This document shows positions 19,675 through 28,655 of a stretch of DNA of 64,000 nucleotides, one piece after another. A program made the translations under genes and the position numbers. Location of the stretch: assembly GCA_020696385.1 (NCBI GenBank), contig JAEHCQ010000004.1, positions 160,001 to 224,000 on the forward strand. Reading direction: 5' to 3'. How positions within the stretch are numbered: position 1 is the stretch's first letter; every line of letters starts with the position of its first letter. The stretch comes from Methanobacteriota archaeon. Lineage in GTDB: Archaea; Thermoplasmatota; Thermoplasmata; SG8-5; JAGLSY01. Below the pieces are notes generated by a model. It searched no databases, was not told where the DNA came from, and saw only the letters and a list, made by a program, of their open reading frames with translations.

Positions 19675-20628
19675 ATGAGATACATCGTTACCGGGGGCGC
19701 AGGATTCATAGGCAGCCACATCGTCGACAGGCTGCTTGCGGACGGGCATGAGGTCACTGTAATTGACAATATGACCACTGGTTTTCCAGAGTATGTCAAC
19801 CAGCATAATGCCAATCCCAATTTTGAACTTCTTAATTTCGACCTCAAGGACCTTGCCAGGACCAAGGAGGCTTTCAAGGATCAGGATGCTATATTCCACC
19901 TGGCTGCCAATGCCGATGTCCGCGGAGGTCTGGAGGATAATTTCCGAGACCTGGAAAGGAATGTCCTGGTCACCCACAATGTGCTGGAAGCCATGAGGGC
20001 GAATGATATTTCCAAGATCCTTTTTTCATCAACAGCCGCTGTTTATGGCGAGCCAGATATCTTTCCCACTCCCGAGACCTACCACCCGAAACAAACTTCA
20101 TTTTATGGCGCATCCAAGCTTTCTTGTGAGGGTTTTATCGAATCCTTCTGCGAGGCCTATGGATTCCAGGCCTGGATGTTCAGATTTGTCTCCATCCAGG
20201 GTGAGCGACATCCCCACGGAGTTACTTATGATTTCGTGAAGAAGCTGAAGGCCGATCCCAGCCAGATGGAGATATTGGGCGATGGAACCTCCAAGAAATC
20301 ATACTGCCACGTGGATGATTGTGTTGACGGCTTCATGATGGCTTTTGAGAAAGCCGATGACAAGGTGAACTTATTCAATATCGGAAACACCGAGAATGTG
20401 GATGTCACAAGTCTGGCTGGGTATGTGACCAGTGAGATGGGATTAGATAATGTTCAATTCAATTACACTGGTGGAATGCGCGGATGGATAGGCGACTCGC
20501 CACTTGTTCAACTTGACATCGACAAGCTTCGCGCACTTGGCTGGGAGCCGAAGAATAATATTGAACAGACAGTGCGCAGGACTGTGCGCTGGCTCATGGG
20601 CAATCCTTATGTTTACGGAGAAAGATGA
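19675..20628 (+). CDS. NAD-dependent nucleotide-sugar epimerase/dehydratase
   Basis: [24 protein letters not shown]. Confidence 0.92.
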   Translation: MRYIVTGGAGFIGSHIVDRLLADGHEVTVIDNMTTGFPEYVNQHNANPNFELLNFDLKDLARTKEAFKDQDAIFHLAANADVRGGLEDNFRDLERNVLVTHNVLEAMRANDISKILFSSTAAVYGEPDIFPTPETYHPKQTSFYGASKLSCEGFIESFCEAYGFQAWMFRFVSIQGERHPHGVTYDFVKKLKADPSQMEILGDGTSKKSYCHVDDCVDGFMMAFEKADDKVNLFNIGNTENVDVTSLAGYVTSEMGLDNVQFNYTGGMRGWIGDSPLVQLDIDKLRALGWEPKNNIEQTVRRTVRWLMGNPYVYGER

Positions 20629-20651
20629 AGAGATCAATGTGGGTGTGAAAA

Positions 20652-21368
20652 ATGACCGGGGGAAAAGTGGAGCAGGCAGTGGTCCTATGCGGGGGACTTG
20701 GAACCAGGCTTCAGTCGGTTTCCAAGGACATTCCAAAATCCATGATGCCCATTGACGACCGCCCATTTCTCGAGATACTGGTGTCACAGTTCAAGAACCA
20801 TGGCATCACGCGTTTTCTTTTCCTCACAAGTCATCTTCACGAGATCATTGAGGAACACTTTGGGGACGGTTCCTCCTTCGATGTCACTATCGAATATTCC
20901 ACCGAGCCAGAGCCCATGGGAACAGGTGGTGCATTGGAACTTGCCAAGGACAAGTTGGATGCTGTGTTCTTCCTGGTCAATGGAGACACCATCTTGCCAA
21001 TCGATCCCACCATGCTCATTGCCGGATTTTATAGACAGAAATGCCTCGGATTCGTCACAGTATATGACAATAATGAGAAAATTGCAGATAAGAATATCAT
21101 AATAGACAATAAGGGCCAGATACTGCTCTACACCAAGCTGACATCCCTTCCTGAAATGACAGGAGTGGAAGCTGGCATGTCTGTTCTGGATAAGAAGGTG
21201 CTTAATATCTGCAAGAAGGAGAGTTATTCTCTGGAAATGGAAGTTTTCCCGAAATTAATAAATAATGGCCGTCTCTTTGGTTTATTAACGAGCCAGCGTT
21301 TCTACGACATTGGAACACCTGAAAGGCTGGAACTTGCAAGGAGTGTATTGAATGACCTTGGTTGGTAG
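20652..21368 (+). CDS. hddC: Heptose-1-phosphate guanylyltransferase-like nucleotidyltransferase
   Basis: LCGGLGTRL, PKSM, EPMGTGGAL, VNGDT, FYDIGTPE; operon context. Confidence 0.78.
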   Translation: MTGGKVEQAVVLCGGLGTRLQSVSKDIPKSMMPIDDRPFLEILVSQFKNHGITRFLFLTSHLHEIIEEHFGDGSSFDVTIEYSTEPEPMGTGGALELAKDKLDAVFFLVNGDTILPIDPTMLIAGFYRQKCLGFVTVYDNNEKIADKNIIIDNKGQILLYTKLTSLPEMTGVEAGMSVLDKKVLNICKKESYSLEMEVFPKLINNGRLFGLLTSQRFYDIGTPERLELARSVLNDLGW

Positions 21369-22359
21369 AGCACCGGTTAGAATAAGTTTCGGGGGCGGAG
21401 GAACGGACCTGGCTTCTTATTACAAGAAGCACGGCGGAGTCGTGGTCAGCGCGGCCATAAACAAGTATTTTTACACAATTCTGGAACTCAGGCAGGATGA
21501 GCGTATCCAGATAATCTCTTCAGACTTGCAGCTCAATCACACAGTGGAGGATTGCTACAGCCTGAAGTATGGTGAAGGACTGGACATTCCGGTCGGTGTA
21601 CTGAAGCACATGCATGTCCGCAGAGGCATGAACCTTCTTATGGCATCCGAGATACCGCCAGGCACTGGCCTTGGATCCTCGGGAGCAGTTACGGTCAATA
21701 TAATCAATACGATCAACCATCTTGAACATCTGAAGATGACCAAGAAAGAGCTAGCGGAGATGGCATACCACATAGAATACAATGAACTGGGTCTGCCCAT
21801 CGGCAAGCAGGATGAATATGCATCTGCTTTTGGAGGACTTAATTTCATCACATTTGACAGGTCTGGTGACACCACGGTCGAGCCTCTCAGTGTTCCAAAG
21901 GAAGTGCGCATGAGGATGGAGGATGACATCATGCTCTTCTTCACTGGCAGAACACGCCAATCATCCAAGATATTGAAGAGCCAGGATTCTTCAACCAAAG
22001 ATGATACTGGTGAAGTTGTCGAACGACTTCACGAGATCAAGGATATCGCTTTTAAAGTCAAAAAAGCGATAGAGGTAGGCGACCTGACTGAGATGGGTCA
22101 CCTTCTTGATATGAGCTGGCAGAATAAGAAGAAGCTGGCAAAAGGCATCAGCAATCCACGCATAAACAAGATATACGATATCGCGAAGAAAGAAGGAGCC
22201 GTGGGTGGTAAGCTGACCGGAGCCGGAGGCGGAGGATACATGATGCTCTTCTGCCACAAGAAACACCAACCAGCAGTTAAAAAAGCAATGGTGAAGGAAG
22301 GACTTTCATTGCTTGATTTCAAGTTCGACCACAAGGGTGCGAAGACCATGTTGGGATAA
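21352..22359 (+). CDS. hddA: D-glycero-alpha-D-manno-heptose-7-phosphate kinase (GHMP family)
   Basis: APVRISFGGGGTD, PPGTGLGSSG, GKQDEY, GKLTGAGGGG. Confidence 0.9.
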   Translation: MTLVGRAPVRISFGGGGTDLASYYKKHGGVVVSAAINKYFYTILELRQDERIQIISSDLQLNHTVEDCYSLKYGEGLDIPVGVLKHMHVRRGMNLLMASEIPPGTGLGSSGAVTVNIINTINHLEHLKMTKKELAEMAYHIEYNELGLPIGKQDEYASAFGGLNFITFDRSGDTTVEPLSVPKEVRMRMEDDIMLFFTGRTRQSSKILKSQDSSTKDDTGEVVERLHEIKDIAFKVKKAIEVGDLTEMGHLLDMSWQNKKKLAKGISNPRINKIYDIAKKEGAVGGKLTGAGGGGYMMLFCHKKHQPAVKKAMVKEGLSLLDFKFDHKGAKTMLG

Positions 22360-22451
22360 ATTATCTATATCGGGATAATCAATCCATGACGGGGTAATCT
22401 ATAACTATCACATTGAGAATAATAGTAGGGTGAAACAGGGGACATGATGAC

Positions 22452-23042
22452 ATGGACGAATTCAGAAAGAATTTCATTGATGGATATTTGAAAGACGTGA
22501 TAGACTGCCTGGAGGATTACAGGAAGAACCCGGAGTTCTTCGACGAACTGGCGACCATATTCCTAGATGCCAGGAAGCGAGGCAATATTGTATATTTCAT
22601 GGGGAATGGCGGAAGCGCGGCAACAGCCAATCATTTTGTATGCGACCTTGGCAAGGGCACGATCGTGGAAGGATATCCAAGGTTCAAAGTTTTATCATTA
22701 TCGGATAATATACCGATGATGCTGGCATGGGGAAATGATGCTTGTTATGAGGATATATTTGTCGAGCAGTTGAAGAACTTGATGAATCCCGGGGATGTCA
22801 TAGTCGGTATAAGTGGCAGCGGAAACTCTGGCAATGTTCTCAGAGCCATTGATTGGGCGAATGAGAATGGTGGAATAACCGTCGGCCTCACAGGTTTTTC
22901 AGGTGGTAAATTGAAGGACATGGCCAAGCACGTGTTGGTCGTTCCAATTCACTACATGCAGAAGATCGAAGATATCCACATGCTGGTCGATCACCTGGTC
23001 ACATCCCTTATCCGTGAAGAGGAGATGGCCAACCTTGAGTAA
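22452..23042 (+). CDS. gmhA: Phosphoheptose isomerase (SIS domain)
   Basis: GNGGSAA, GND, ISGSGNS, EDIH. Confidence 0.9.
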   Translation: MDEFRKNFIDGYLKDVIDCLEDYRKNPEFFDELATIFLDARKRGNIVYFMGNGGSAATANHFVCDLGKGTIVEGYPRFKVLSLSDNIPMMLAWGNDACYEDIFVEQLKNLMNPGDVIVGISGSGNSGNVLRAIDWANENGGITVGLTGFSGGKLKDMAKHVLVVPIHYMQKIEDIHMLVDHLVTSLIREEEMANLE

Positions 23043-23532
23043 GAACAGGGCGGTATTCCTGGATCGTGACGGAGTCATCAATCGCCTGCACATGGGCAAG
23101 TACGTGACCAAGTGGGAAGAATTTGAATTCCTGGAAGGTGCATTGGATGCGGTGACCGCACTGGCAGCCAGTGATTTTAAAATAATTGTAATTACGAATC
23201 AATCCGCGATCAACCGCGGATTCATAACCGAGTATGAGCTGGAAGTGATCCACGAGCACATGACCGACAGCATTGAGAAGGCTGGCGGCCGAATTGATTC
23301 CATATACCACTGCCCGCACGCCCCGCATGAGGAATGTACCTGCCGAAAGCCGGAGCCTGGGATGTTCGAAAAGGCGATAGGGAATCATGATATCGATGTG
23401 ACCGGATCATGGTTCATCGGAGACTTCCAGAGTGATGAGGAAGCCGCCGCGAGAGTTGGCCTGAAATTCAAGCTGGCTGAGGGTGATGGCGGACTGAGAA
23501 GGGCGGTTGATGAGATATTGAATTCTAAATAA
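23035..23532 (+). CDS. gmhB: Heptose-1,7-bisphosphate phosphatase (HAD)
   Basis: FLDRDGVIN, TNQS, CPH...CTCRKP, IGD; start refined to TTG 23035. Confidence 0.9.
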   Translation: MSKNRAVFLDRDGVINRLHMGKYVTKWEEFEFLEGALDAVTALAASDFKIIVITNQSAINRGFITEYELEVIHEHMTDSIEKAGGRIDSIYHCPHAPHEECTCRKPEPGMFEKAIGNHDIDVTGSWFIGDFQSDEEAAARVGLKFKLAEGDGGLRRAVDEILNSK

Positions 23533-23690
23533 CCCCGAGCGAGCAGGTTTACCCGAGTTTTCTTATTTGTCCGTCTTTTTCTTTTGTGAGGGTGTCTTTC
23601 GTGTCAAATGCACGAAAGAGTATTTCGGGATGCAATGCGAACCGAAATACGAGCTAGCACAGCGAGGGCTAAAAGAAAAAGTGGGATGAG
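23530..23690 (+). repeat. Modular palindromic repeat, family B
   Basis: GAGCGAGCAG; closing stem TCTTTTTCTTTT/AAAAGAAAAAG enclosing two hairpins; related to 19520-19577 and 56366-56520. Confidence 0.8.
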
Positions 23691-23800
23691 ATTTTGGCTG
23701 AATCCTAATCGTTCTCCCGCCAGGCTCCGCCCCCTCCACGAATATTAAATGAATGTACCCACCCACTGGATACTTGCTTTTTGCCTTATATCGACCACGA

Positions 23801-23812
23801 GTTTATATATCA
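23801..23812 (+). promoter_or_regulatory. Probable TATA box for the tRNA-like-gatE-gatD unit
   Basis: TTTATATAT at 23802-23810. Confidence 0.45.
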
Positions 23813-23950
23813 TAATCATTTTGTGGATTTGACTCAAATAGTCAGTATATCACAATAGCCCTAAGGTGTGAAGACGGAGCCCAATAACGAAACAAATGGA
23901 AAAGCTCCTTACTTTACACCACAAGGCGCTGATGAATCAATAAACAGAAT

Positions 23951-24024
23951 AGCCTCGTGGTGTAATGGCAGCACAGGAGGTCTTGCACCTCCAGGCATCA
24001 GTTCGACTCTGATCGAGGCAACCA
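23951..24024 (+). tRNA. Non-canonical tRNA-Gln(UUG)-like gene with encoded CCA
   Basis: Cloverleaf: acceptor AGCCTCG/CGAGGCA, D stem GTGT/GCAC, anticodon stem GGAGG/CCTCC with loop TCTTGCA, T arm ATCAG-TTCGACT-CTGAT, then A-CCA. Confidence 0.88.
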
Positions 24025-24048
24025 AACTAACCAGTAAAAAGTGAGGAA

Positions 24049-25872
24049 ATGATAGACCCCAAGAACATCGACTACAGGAAACTGGGCTTCAAAGCGGGCC
24101 TCGAGATACACCATCAGCTCAAGTCTTCTCGAAAGTTATTCTGCCACTGTCCAGCCGAGTTATCGGCCGATCTGCAGAAGAACCCGGACTTCACTTTTCA
24201 CAGACGCTTCCGAGCCGTGATGGGCGAGATGGGGGACTTCGACCCAGGTATGCTGGTCGAAGTTGAAAAGGGCTATCTGGTCATCTACCATGCGAATGAT
24301 GCCCATGTGTGCACTTACGAGATGGACGATACACCGCCATTCTGGCTGGACATGGAATCTGTGGATACGGGCTATAAGCTTGCCAGTCTTTTCAATTGCG
24401 AGTCGCCAGCCGAGGAAGTTGTCATAAATCGTAAGCAGTACTTGGATGGTTCGATAACCACTGGTTTCCAGCGCACGATGATAATCGCCAGGGACGGCCA
24501 TGTGCAATTGGCCAGTGGCAGGAAGATCACTATCACCAATATCCTTATCGAAGAAGATTCGGCCAGGAAGATCAAGGTCGAGGATCGCGGTCGAACCGTT
24601 TATTACAATCTGGATCGGCTGGGTGTTCCACTTACAGAGATAATAACAGATCACAATGAGATTGACACGCCGGAGCTTCTGATCGAGGCCATAAAGATGA
24701 TCGCCCTCAATTTGAGATTGACTGGTCTGGGTCGTCGCGGTATCGGTGTCGGCAGGCAGGATGTGAATATCTCGATCGATGGTGGTGACAGGGCGGAATT
24801 AAAGGGAGTTCAGGATCTTTCCTTAATGACAAAGTTCTGCGCCCACGAGGTATGCAGGCAACATACGCTTATCGATATTCAATCTCAACTTGCCAGCTCG
24901 AACCTGAAGAAGGAAGAGTTCGAGCATAATTACATCGATATTACACACTTATTCAATGATCTGGGTGAAGGAGAATCAGCCTTCGCGGTTAGGCTACCCG
25001 GTTTTGAGGAAATTCTCAAAACCGAGGTTCAGCCAGGCAAGGACTTTGGATATGAGATCTTCGAGAAATGCAATTTGATCACAGGTGTCCAGTACGACGA
25101 AATGTTCCATTCGGGCGAGATGAGCCCGGGATCCATTCGCATGATGAACAGGTCGGATGATCTTTTCATCAATAAGGGACAGGATGGCGAAATTCGTGCT
25201 ATTCTGAAACTGGAAGATGGAGATGGATACGTAGCTGCCAGGGGTAGTGAGAAACCAGTTCTCCACACTCTGAAAAAGACAGTAGAAAGATGCAAGCAGG
25301 CCTTCGATGGCGTGCCCCAGGAGACCAGGCGAGTACTACCAAATGGCAATAACGAGTTCCTGCGTGTGATCCATGGAAAAGGCCGGCTTTATCCGGACAC
25401 GGACACGCCACCAGCTCCCTACCCGATGGAGAAATTCCAGGCGATAAAGGAAAAGGGCTGGACAAGACCATTGGACCTTCTCGAAAAGTACCAGGAGAAG
25501 GGATTGAAATTGCCCATGCTGGAACTTCTTATCCGTGATGAGAAGATACCAATGTTCCAAAAGTTGGTGGATGAGGTCAAGGTCCCAACCTCTCTGGCTA
25601 TCCGATTGACTGTGGAAATTCCCCGGTGGCTGAGGAGGAAAGGATATGATCCAGAGATTATCAGCCAATTTTCGATCATCAGCATTGCTGGCAATATCAT
25701 GTCAGGCAAGCTCCAGGCAAAGCATCTTCGCCCAATGATGAAGGAGATATGCATTGCCCCCAAGGAGAACCAGAGTTCGATAGTTACCAAGTGGGTGGAT
25801 CAGAACAATAAAAAGGATGAACCGGGCGATGTAAAGGACCAATGGCCAGATGATGGGAGGTGTTGTAAGTGA
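24049..25872 (+). CDS. gatE: Glu-tRNA(Gln) amidotransferase subunit E (divergent)
   Basis: GLEIHHQL...KLFCHCP, DGSITTGFQRT, EEDSARK, LDRLGVPL, RQDVNISI, GVPQETR, LYPDTD. Confidence 0.9.
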   Translation: MIDPKNIDYRKLGFKAGLEIHHQLKSSRKLFCHCPAELSADLQKNPDFTFHRRFRAVMGEMGDFDPGMLVEVEKGYLVIYHANDAHVCTYEMDDTPPFWLDMESVDTGYKLASLFNCESPAEEVVINRKQYLDGSITTGFQRTMIIARDGHVQLASGRKITITNILIEEDSARKIKVEDRGRTVYYNLDRLGVPLTEIITDHNEIDTPELLIEAIKMIALNLRLTGLGRRGIGVGRQDVNISIDGGDRAELKGVQDLSLMTKFCAHEVCRQHTLIDIQSQLASSNLKKEEFEHNYIDITHLFNDLGEGESAFAVRLPGFEEILKTEVQPGKDFGYEIFEKCNLITGVQYDEMFHSGEMSPGSIRMMNRSDDLFINKGQDGEIRAILKLEDGDGYVAARGSEKPVLHTLKKTVERCKQAFDGVPQETRRVLPNGNNEFLRVIHGKGRLYPDTDTPPAPYPMEKFQAIKEKGWTRPLDLLEKYQEKGLKLPMLELLIRDEKIPMFQKLVDEVKVPTSLAIRLTVEIPRWLRRKGYDPEIISQFSIISIAGNIMSGKLQAKHLRPMMKEICIAPKENQSSIVTKWVDQNNKKDEPGDVKDQWPDDGRCCK

Positions 25873-27272
25873 GCGAAGAATACCAGCCACCAGATGGTTA
25901 CAGAGGCCCGCTCCTCCAACGCCTGGTAGAAGCCAAGATACGCACATGGTCAGTCATCCAGGTGAATAAAACGGACGGATCACATTACGAAGGTGTGCTT
26001 CTGCCACGTTCCATCCACACATCTGATGATTATCTTTCTATAAAGGTGGATACTGGCTACAATATCGGTATCCAGCTTCCCGACGATGCCACGATAAAAG
26101 AGGTCGGGTACAATGCGGGCTCTTATCAAATTCCAGAGAAGATCGTGGAGAAAACACCCGGGCTTCCGAATGTCACGCTCCTGGGCACAGGTGGGACAGT
26201 GGCCAGTCGTCTTGATTATAGAACCGGAGCCGTACTACCGGCATTCACTCCATCCGAGCTTTTCTCCGCAGTCCCAGAGCTTATCGACATCTGCAATTTA
26301 ACTCCAAAGACCCTTTACCAGATCCTTTCCGAGAACTTCTGCCCCGAATACTGGATAAAAACAGCCGAAGCGGTCGCCAAGGAGATCGAGGGCGGAGCGG
26401 ATGGTGTGATAATCGGTCATGGCACCGACACAATGAGCTATTCTGGCTCGGCACTTTCATACATGTTCCAGGACCTTCCAGTTCCAGTGGTCATCGTGGG
26501 CTCTCAGAGAAGCAGTGATCGACCATCCAGTGACGGACCCATCAATATGATGAACGCCACCACATTGGCCGCCTATGGCGACTTGGCAGAAGTGGTCGTC
26601 GTCATGCACGGAACCACGAGCGACAATTACGATCTTATCCACCGTGCCACCAGGGTGCGCAAGATGCACAGTGCGCGGAGAGATACTTTCCGCACTGTGA
26701 GTGATACTCCATTGGGTCAGATCAAGGATAAGGAGATCAAATACTTCAAGGATGATATCAGACGCCGCAGTCCAAAAGAGGACTTCCATCTGAATACCAA
26801 GATGGACGAGCGCGTCACAATGCTCTACTTCTACCCAGGCATGGAGCCAGATGTCATGCACGCGGTTCTGGACAAGGGCTATCATGGCATTGTCATGATC
26901 GGTACTGGCCTTGGGCATGTTGGCAAGCCCATGTATGAAGCATTGGACAGAGCGCAGGAAGAAGAAATTCCCGTGGTCATCGTCGTCCAGCCAATGTTTG
27001 GATTCTCACATCTCAGAGTTTACGAAACAGGTCGTGACATGCTGGCCAGAGGCGTGATAGAGGGCAAGAACATGCTTCCCGAGGCAGCACTTCCAAAACT
27101 CATGTGGGCACTTGGCCAGACACAGGATGTGAAAGAAGTGGAAAAGATCATGCACACCAATCTGGCCGGCGAGATCACCAATCGGGAACCATACTCCGGC
27201 TTCCCGATATTCCAGGGTGGTGTTCCGAACTTCTATGATAATTATAAGAATATCGATAGGCTGAAAAAGTAA
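25869..27272 (+). CDS. gatD: Glu-tRNA(Gln) amidotransferase subunit D (asparaginase-like)
   Basis: GYNIGI N-terminal domain, GTGGTVASRLDYRTG, HGTDT, SQRSSDRPSSD, RKMHS, GTGLGH. Confidence 0.95.
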   Translation: MSEEYQPPDGYRGPLLQRLVEAKIRTWSVIQVNKTDGSHYEGVLLPRSIHTSDDYLSIKVDTGYNIGIQLPDDATIKEVGYNAGSYQIPEKIVEKTPGLPNVTLLGTGGTVASRLDYRTGAVLPAFTPSELFSAVPELIDICNLTPKTLYQILSENFCPEYWIKTAEAVAKEIEGGADGVIIGHGTDTMSYSGSALSYMFQDLPVPVVIVGSQRSSDRPSSDGPINMMNATTLAAYGDLAEVVVVMHGTTSDNYDLIHRATRVRKMHSARRDTFRTVSDTPLGQIKDKEIKYFKDDIRRRSPKEDFHLNTKMDERVTMLYFYPGMEPDVMHAVLDKGYHGIVMIGTGLGHVGKPMYEALDRAQEEEIPVVIVVQPMFGFSHLRVYETGRDMLARGVIEGKNMLPEAALPKLMWALGQTQDVKEVEKIMHTNLAGEITNREPYSGFPIFQGGVPNFYDNYKNIDRLKK

Positions 27273-27584
27273 GGCTATTCATTCAAGAAACTCATTTGTT
27301 ATATCGAATTAATTTGTTAGTCTGGTTATTTGTTAGTCTAGTTAGTCAGATACGATTTTAATAAGGCCTGATACCGATTGAAAATTTCAATTTATCATAT
27401 ATAATCATATACCCTAAATAGCTATAATAAAAGCAAACCTTGATAAAGGAGGTCTCATATCGGGAAGCGCGCATACCCGTGCGCATGATAGTCGCATAGG
27501 AATGTGTACAATTCGCGCATTGGCGCGCCTAATAGGTGCATATCTACGCGTCCATTACACAATAGAGAGAGAGGAGGATCATAA

Positions 27585-28655
27585 ATGATGGATCTCTATG
27601 AGCTCGTTGAAAGTATCGTCGTCATGTTAATTGGCTGGATCGACCAGTGGGTCCCAGATCAATTAGCCTTTCTGATATCACCCACCAGCATACATGCTTA
27701 CGTGGTATTGGGAATGGCCGCCGTGATACTGGTTATATGTCTTTTGAATGTCGTCGTAATGATATGGATAGAACGAAAGTTCATCGCCAGGCTGATGGAT
27801 CGCCGAGGTCCGACAGAAGTTGGTTTCATGGGTTTTCTTCAGAATGTGGCTGATGGTCTGAAGCTCTTTCTCAAAGAGGTCATCACGCCCCAGGGTGTCG
27901 ATCGCTGGGTCTATGTCATGGCCCTCGTGCTGTACATCGGTTCCTCCATCACCGTTTTGGCCCTTGTCCCAATGAGTGACAGGTTCTTCATGGCAAATGT
28001 CGAAGGCGGACTTTTCATGATCTTCGCCATATTCACTCTGGCTCCCTTTTTCATATTCATTGCTGGCTGGTCGCAGAATAACAAATACTCCCTGATCGGA
28101 GGAATGCGTTCAGCTGCCCAGATGATCAGCTACGAAATACCACTTATGCTATCCGTTATAGGTGTGATATTGATGGCTGGCTCCCTGAGCATATCCGAGA
28201 TAGTCAATGCCCAGAGCAGTATCTGGTTCATCATTCCTTCATTCATCGGATTCTTTGTCTTCATAATCGGTGTGTTGGCTGAAGTCGAAAGAATTCCTTT
28301 TGATCTTCCAGAGGCCGAGGCCGAGCTTGTAGAAGGCTGGACCACAGAATATGGTAGTATCAGATTCGGTCTGATTATGTTCGTCGCCTATCTTCGTGGC
28401 TATGTCGGTTGTGCACTGGCGGTCTTCCTCTTTTTCGGAGGTTGGCTCGGTGGTCCTTTCAGCGCCTACATGCCACCAGAGGCCTGGTTCTTGATCAAGG
28501 TGTACATCCTCTTCATGATCCTCGTCTGGCTTAGAGCATCAGCACCAAGGATAAGGATCGATCAGTTGATCCAGATCGGCTGGAAGAGGTTATTACCTTT
28601 GGCCATGCTCAATATAATGATCGCAGTATTCCTTTCAGCAATGGGGTGGATCTAA
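27585..28655 (+). CDS. nuoH: Complex I-like subunit H
   Basis: ERKFIAR...RGP, ADGLKLFLKE, NNKYSLIGGMRS, RIPFDLPEAEAELVEG. Confidence 0.95.
   Translation: MMDLYELVESIVVMLIGWIDQWVPDQLAFLISPTSIHAYVVLGMAAVILVICLLNVVVMIWIERKFIARLMDRRGPTEVGFMGFLQNVADGLKLFLKEVITPQGVDRWVYVMALVLYIGSSITVLALVPMSDRFFMANVEGGLFMIFAIFTLAPFFIFIAGWSQNNKYSLIGGMRSAAQMISYEIPLMLSVIGVILMAGSLSISEIVNAQSSIWFIIPSFIGFFVFIIGVLAEVERIPFDLPEAEAELVEGWTTEYGSIRFGLIMFVAYLRGYVGCALAVFLFFGGWLGGPFSAYMPPEAWFLIKVYILFMILVWLRASAPRIRIDQLIQIGWKRLLPLAMLNIMIAVFLSAMGWI

Noticed and set aside
23885-23940. Hammerhead-like words CGAAAC and CTGATGA upstream of the tRNA
   Set aside because: There is no GUH/stem III partner between them and no stem II pairing.
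23981-23990. Reading the tRNA anticodon as TGC (Ala) or GCA (Cys)
   Set aside because: A shifted register breaks the perfect GGAGG/CCTCC stem; the centred triplet is TTG.
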